Shown here: positions 9,119 to 12,185 of the stretch, in pieces | Position numbering within the stretch: position 1 is the stretch's first letter | Layout: the number at the start of each line of letters is the position of its first letter | Assembly: GCF_006345805.1 (NCBI RefSeq) | Contig: NW_021826707.1 | Span: forward strand, 1 to 12,185 | Length of the DNA stretch: 12,185 nucleotides | DNA from: Octopus sinensis | Lineage: Eukaryota | Direction: 5' to 3' | Program-made: the position numbers and the translations under genes | Notes under the pieces: model-generated | Told to the model about the DNA's origin: nothing | Seen by the model: only the letters and a program-made list of their open reading frames with translations | Databases searched by the model: none

Positions 9119-9534
9119 AGGTGGTGAGCTGACAGAAACGTTAGGACGCCGGGCGAAATGCTTTGCGGTATTTCGTCTGTCGTTATGTTGTGAGTTCAAA
9201 TTCCACCGAGGTCGACTTTGCCTTTCATCCTTTCGGGGTCGATAAATTAAGTACTAGTTACGCACTGGGGTCGATGTAATCGACTTAATCCGTTTGTCTG
9301 TCCTTGTTTGTCCCCTCTGTGTTTAGCCCCCTGTGGGTAATAAACAAATAGGTATTTCGTCTGCCGCTACGTTGTGAGTTCAAATTCCGCCGAGGTCGAC
9401 TTTGCCTTTCATTCTTTCGGGGCCGATAAATTAAGTACCATTTACGCACTGGGGTCGATGTAATCGACTTAATACGTATGTCTGTCCTTGTTTGTCCCCT
9501 CTGTGTTTAGCCCCTTGTGGGTAGTGAAGAAATA
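9119..9534 (+). mobile_element. SINE partial dimer (full monomer 9119-9350 plus 5'-truncated monomer 9351-9534) inside one target-site duplication
   Basis: A box GCTGACAGAAACGTTAG and B box GAGTTCAAATTCC. 9351-9534 repeats 9167-9350 (both 184 nt). TSD GGTATATCAGCCAGGA (9103-9118) / GGTATATCAACCAGGA (9535-9550). Confidence 0.93.
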
Positions 9535-9801
9535 GGTATATCAACCAGGATAGACGATTCCACTTTATGAGAAGGCAAGGTGTGGTGAGAGGAATATTTG
9601 TCTGCTATTTCTCTTTGTGCTTGCAACAACCTCAATCATCTATGTTGGTATCGAACTCTCTGTAGATATTTCAATGCTTTAATGGTCATGCGCAATGCTC
9701 TCAATGAGGTTATCGTCTATCGTAACCTTCGTTCTGTATTTATAAATATATTTCTTTTCTGTCTCACTTATTGCTTAGGTTATCTTTTTTAATGATGTAG
9801 C

Positions 9802-10192
9802 TTAGAAGAAGAAGTGACGGGGAAAGTCACAGGATCGATTCGTTCTGGAGTCGATGTTTAAGTTCACTTTTAGGATAACTTCTTTGTATCCTATTCCAGT
9901 TTTTACTTTTATATCTAGGGTAGCTACCACTGGTTTCATTACATATAGGGCTATCTAACTTCTTTCTACCTCCCCTGTATACCCGAACCCTATCTTTCTG
10001 ATCATATCAAGAGAACTGCAGACGGTGCATGAAGTTCAGCACATATTTTTTTTGTTTTTGTTCCATAGGGTTTGCATAGTGGGGGACACATTGTTCATCG
10101 TCCTAACTAAGTCTGCTGTCAGTATGTTGATTTTCATGCTCTGTAACAAAGCTGAGTTCAGTATCTATTGTTAGGGTGCCTAGTGGGGTAAT
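9802..10192 (-). pseudogene. Decayed reading frame, probably a transposable-element ORF relic (LINE ORF1/gag-like region not excluded)
   Basis: About 130 codons in two consecutive frames with only two internal TAG stops and one frameshift: ITPLGTLTIDTELSFVTEHENQHTDSRLS*DDEQ... then MIRKIGFGYTGEVERS*IALYVMKPVVATLDIKVKTGIGYKEVILKVNLNIDSRTNRSCDFPRHFFF*. A-rich sense strand. No diagnostic motif recognised. Confidence 0.45.
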
Positions 10193-10212
10193 CTATAGTT
10201 GCCTTGATACTT

Positions 10213-10214
<2 letters not shown>

Positions 10215-10246
<32 letters not shown>

Positions 10247-10449
10247 TGTGTATTTGTGTGTGTGCATCTGTGTTTTTCCCCCTCTCCATCGCTTGACAAC
10301 TGATGCTATGTTTGCACTCCAATAACTTAGCGGTTCGGCAAAAGTGACGGCAGAATAAGTACTAGGCTTACAAAGAATAATTTGTGGAGTTGATTTGAGC
10401 TTCAAATGACCGAAACAAGTATAAAAAAAAAGACAAGAATAAAAGAATA
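10215..10449 (+). mobile_element. 5'-truncated copy of the 2258-2689 SINE, starting in its (TG)n tract
   Basis: (TG)n, then CATCGCTTGACAAC-GATGCT...GGTTCGGCAAAA...AGAATAAGTACTAGGCTTACAAAGAATAA...CAAATGACCGAAACAAGTA...AAAAGAATA, matching 2500-2689 with an internal deletion. Confidence 0.85.
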
Positions 10450-10661
10450 TATGCACGTGATTATACATATGTGCGTGTACGTGTGAGGATATGTCTATGT
10501 ATATTTCAAGTTGTTATCGTAAGAACACTAGCGTCTGTTTGTGTGATAGTTTGCTCTATTTGGTTTTAGTCTTGTTGTATCTTTAGGCATGTATCACTGT
10601 GATAATCGGCTGTGGTTAAAGGGATGTTGGGAATCCATTCCGTCTACTGAATGTGTATGGT

Positions 10662-11046
10662 TGCTGTTGAGCGGTTACTGTTGAGCGAAGCGGTCTTCGT
10701 CCCAGATGTAGTGGGAGAAGTCCGAAACGATGTCCTTTGCTATTCGTAAGACCCGCAGAAGAGAGAGCAGGTCAACCCCCGAAACCGAGAGCATCGACGG
10801 ATGGATGAATGCGCATCCAGGCTCAGCGGTTGCGTAGGAAGTCGGGGACAAGCAACAGGAAGAAAGAGTGGGTGAAAGTTGGGGCGAAAGAGTACAGCAG
10901 GGGTCGCCACCATCCCCTGCCGGAGTCTCGTCGAGCTCTAGGTGTTTTCGCTCAATAAACACAGACAACGCCCGGTCTGGGAATCGAAACCACGATCCTC
11001 CGACCTCAAATTCGCTGCCCTAACCATTGGGCCATTGCGCCCCCGC
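10662..11046 (-). mobile_element. Full-length tRNA-derived SINE of a different family, with 9-bp TSD
   Basis: Head GGGGCGCAATGGCCCAATGGTTAGGGCAGCG...GGTTTCGATTCCC (A box 11024-11034, B box 10979-10991). 3' end has a 14-nt tandem repeat (GGTTRCTGTTGAGC x2, 10659-10686). TSD GTGTATGGT at 10653-10661 and 11047-11055. Confidence 0.9.
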
Positions 11047-11956
11047 GTGTATGGTGTTTGTATCTGTGTTTTTGCATTCATACGATCCCTGTAACCTGCA
11101 CTAATATTGATAGTGAATGTTGCAGTTTTTGGATTTGTGCAAATATTTCTATTCTCAGATATCACTCACACACCACCACACACACACAAGAACAAACACA
11201 GAATGGATTGTTGGTATTTCAAGTACTTCATTACAAACGTTTGAATAATCAACAATCAGTAATTAAATCCTTCACCGATCCGATGACATAACCGAAATAT
11301 GAAGTCCACATACATGACTACATACATTCAAAGTTACGAGTATATGCCTACTGAAAGCGAGTGGCCACTTGCTTTTAAAAAACAAAAGACAGTCGGATTT
11401 GATAGTCATCCTTTTTGCTTCGTTTTACGACTTCGGATAGCAGTTCCACCATTCAAGATTTCTATGCATGAATGTCTCCCTTTTAAGGGCTGACTTGGTT
11501 GTAACTGGTAACTGAAGCAAACGGCACTTCCTTTTTCTGTCTTTATTTTATTTACTTATTTATTTTGGTGCTATCATAGTCGATATTGATGATGCTGGAG
11601 ATGATCTTATCTTCGACTGGTTAATTTTTCAATGAATGTTCCTCTACTTTTTCGTAGCAGACTACAGCAGATTTCAGCAAGAGCGCTGACTCTCATTACA
11701 AAGACTGCAGCACTGATGTTACTACCAAAGGAAATGCTGGTCCAATTTATGTCTCCACCTTTTTGCCGCTTTGTTTCTAATGCTCTCTCACTCCCTTTTC
11801 TTTTTGAATATATTTTTCTCTTCGGTAACATTATTATTCCTTCACAAGCACCCTTTTTTTTCAAAAAGGAAATTATAAATTGAGCAAATACAAAACTTAA
11901 AACAGACGAATACACCGCGTGGAGGAATGACGCAAAAAAGGGGGAAAAAAACTCAC

Positions 11957-11988
11957 CAAACGGAAGCGGGTTAGTGCCTCTTGTACAA
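11957..11988 (-). CDS. Candidate 32-nt internal exon of an unidentified host gene (xVQEALTRFRL in phase 1 to 0, or CTRGTNPLPFG)
   Basis: Minus strand reads T10-GTCAG | TTGTACAAGAGGCACTAACCCGCTTCCGTTTG | GTGAGT: near-consensus acceptor and donor with two open frames. No transcript evidence. Confidence 0.45.
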
Positions 11989-12035
11989 CTGACAAAAAAA
12001 AAATCCAAGAGCTGATATCGAGCGTGCTTTTCCAG

Positions 12036-12185
12036 TAATAATAATAATAATAACAATAATAATAATATAATAATAATAATAACAATAACATAATAATAAT
12101 AATAATATAATAACAATAACAATAATAATAATAATAATAATAACAATAATAATAATAATAATAATAATAACAATAACAATAATAA
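12036..12185. repeat. (AAT)n/(AAC)n trinucleotide array running off the window
   Basis: Direct inspection; explains the poly-L/poly-Y starts of ORFs 11607..12179 and 11897..12091. Confidence 0.97.

Noticed and set aside
7719-9550. Repeated units that could be mistaken for a CRISPR array or for terminal inverted repeats of a single DNA transposon
   Set aside because: Units are 184-248 nt SINE monomers with Pol III boxes, with no short repeat-spacer pattern. The right arm has its own TSD, so the arms inserted independently.
10675-10968. 97-aa minus-strand ORF (MSVFIERKHLELDE...)
   Set aside because: Lies wholly inside a TSD-flanked SINE; GC-rich sequence gives long open frames by chance.
11607-12179. 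190-aa minus-strand ORF
   Set aside because: Starts in the (TTA)n array and reads through a strong splice donor into intron-like pyrimidine and A-rich sequence; no domain recognised.

Overview
Eukaryotic, AT-rich, repeat-dense DNA that reads as intronic or intergenic animal genome. The SINE types and microsatellite load suggest a cephalopod, probably Octopus; this is recognition, not a database result. There is no complete host gene, tRNA/rRNA gene or CRISPR array. The window holds a dead ~2.3 kb Ty3/gypsy pol fragment (RT-RNase H-integrase, 4866-7152) with no gag, protease or LTRs. It carries stops, frameshifts and short deletions, one of which removed the RT YxDD motif. About eleven full or partial tRNA-derived SINE copies from roughly four families are present, including two tandem arrays of one family in inverted orientation ~0.9 kb apart. 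There are many simple repeats, which explain most ORF-track entries. A decayed TE-like reading frame lies on the minus strand (9802-10192). A few host-exon candidates exist, the best being a 32-nt minus-strand microexon at 11957-11988. I found no convincing novel system. The leads most worth checking are the inverted SINE arrays (potential dsRNA/ADAR substrate), the microhomology-bounded SINE multimers, an ORF that is restored when a SINE is removed at its TSD, and the microexon.
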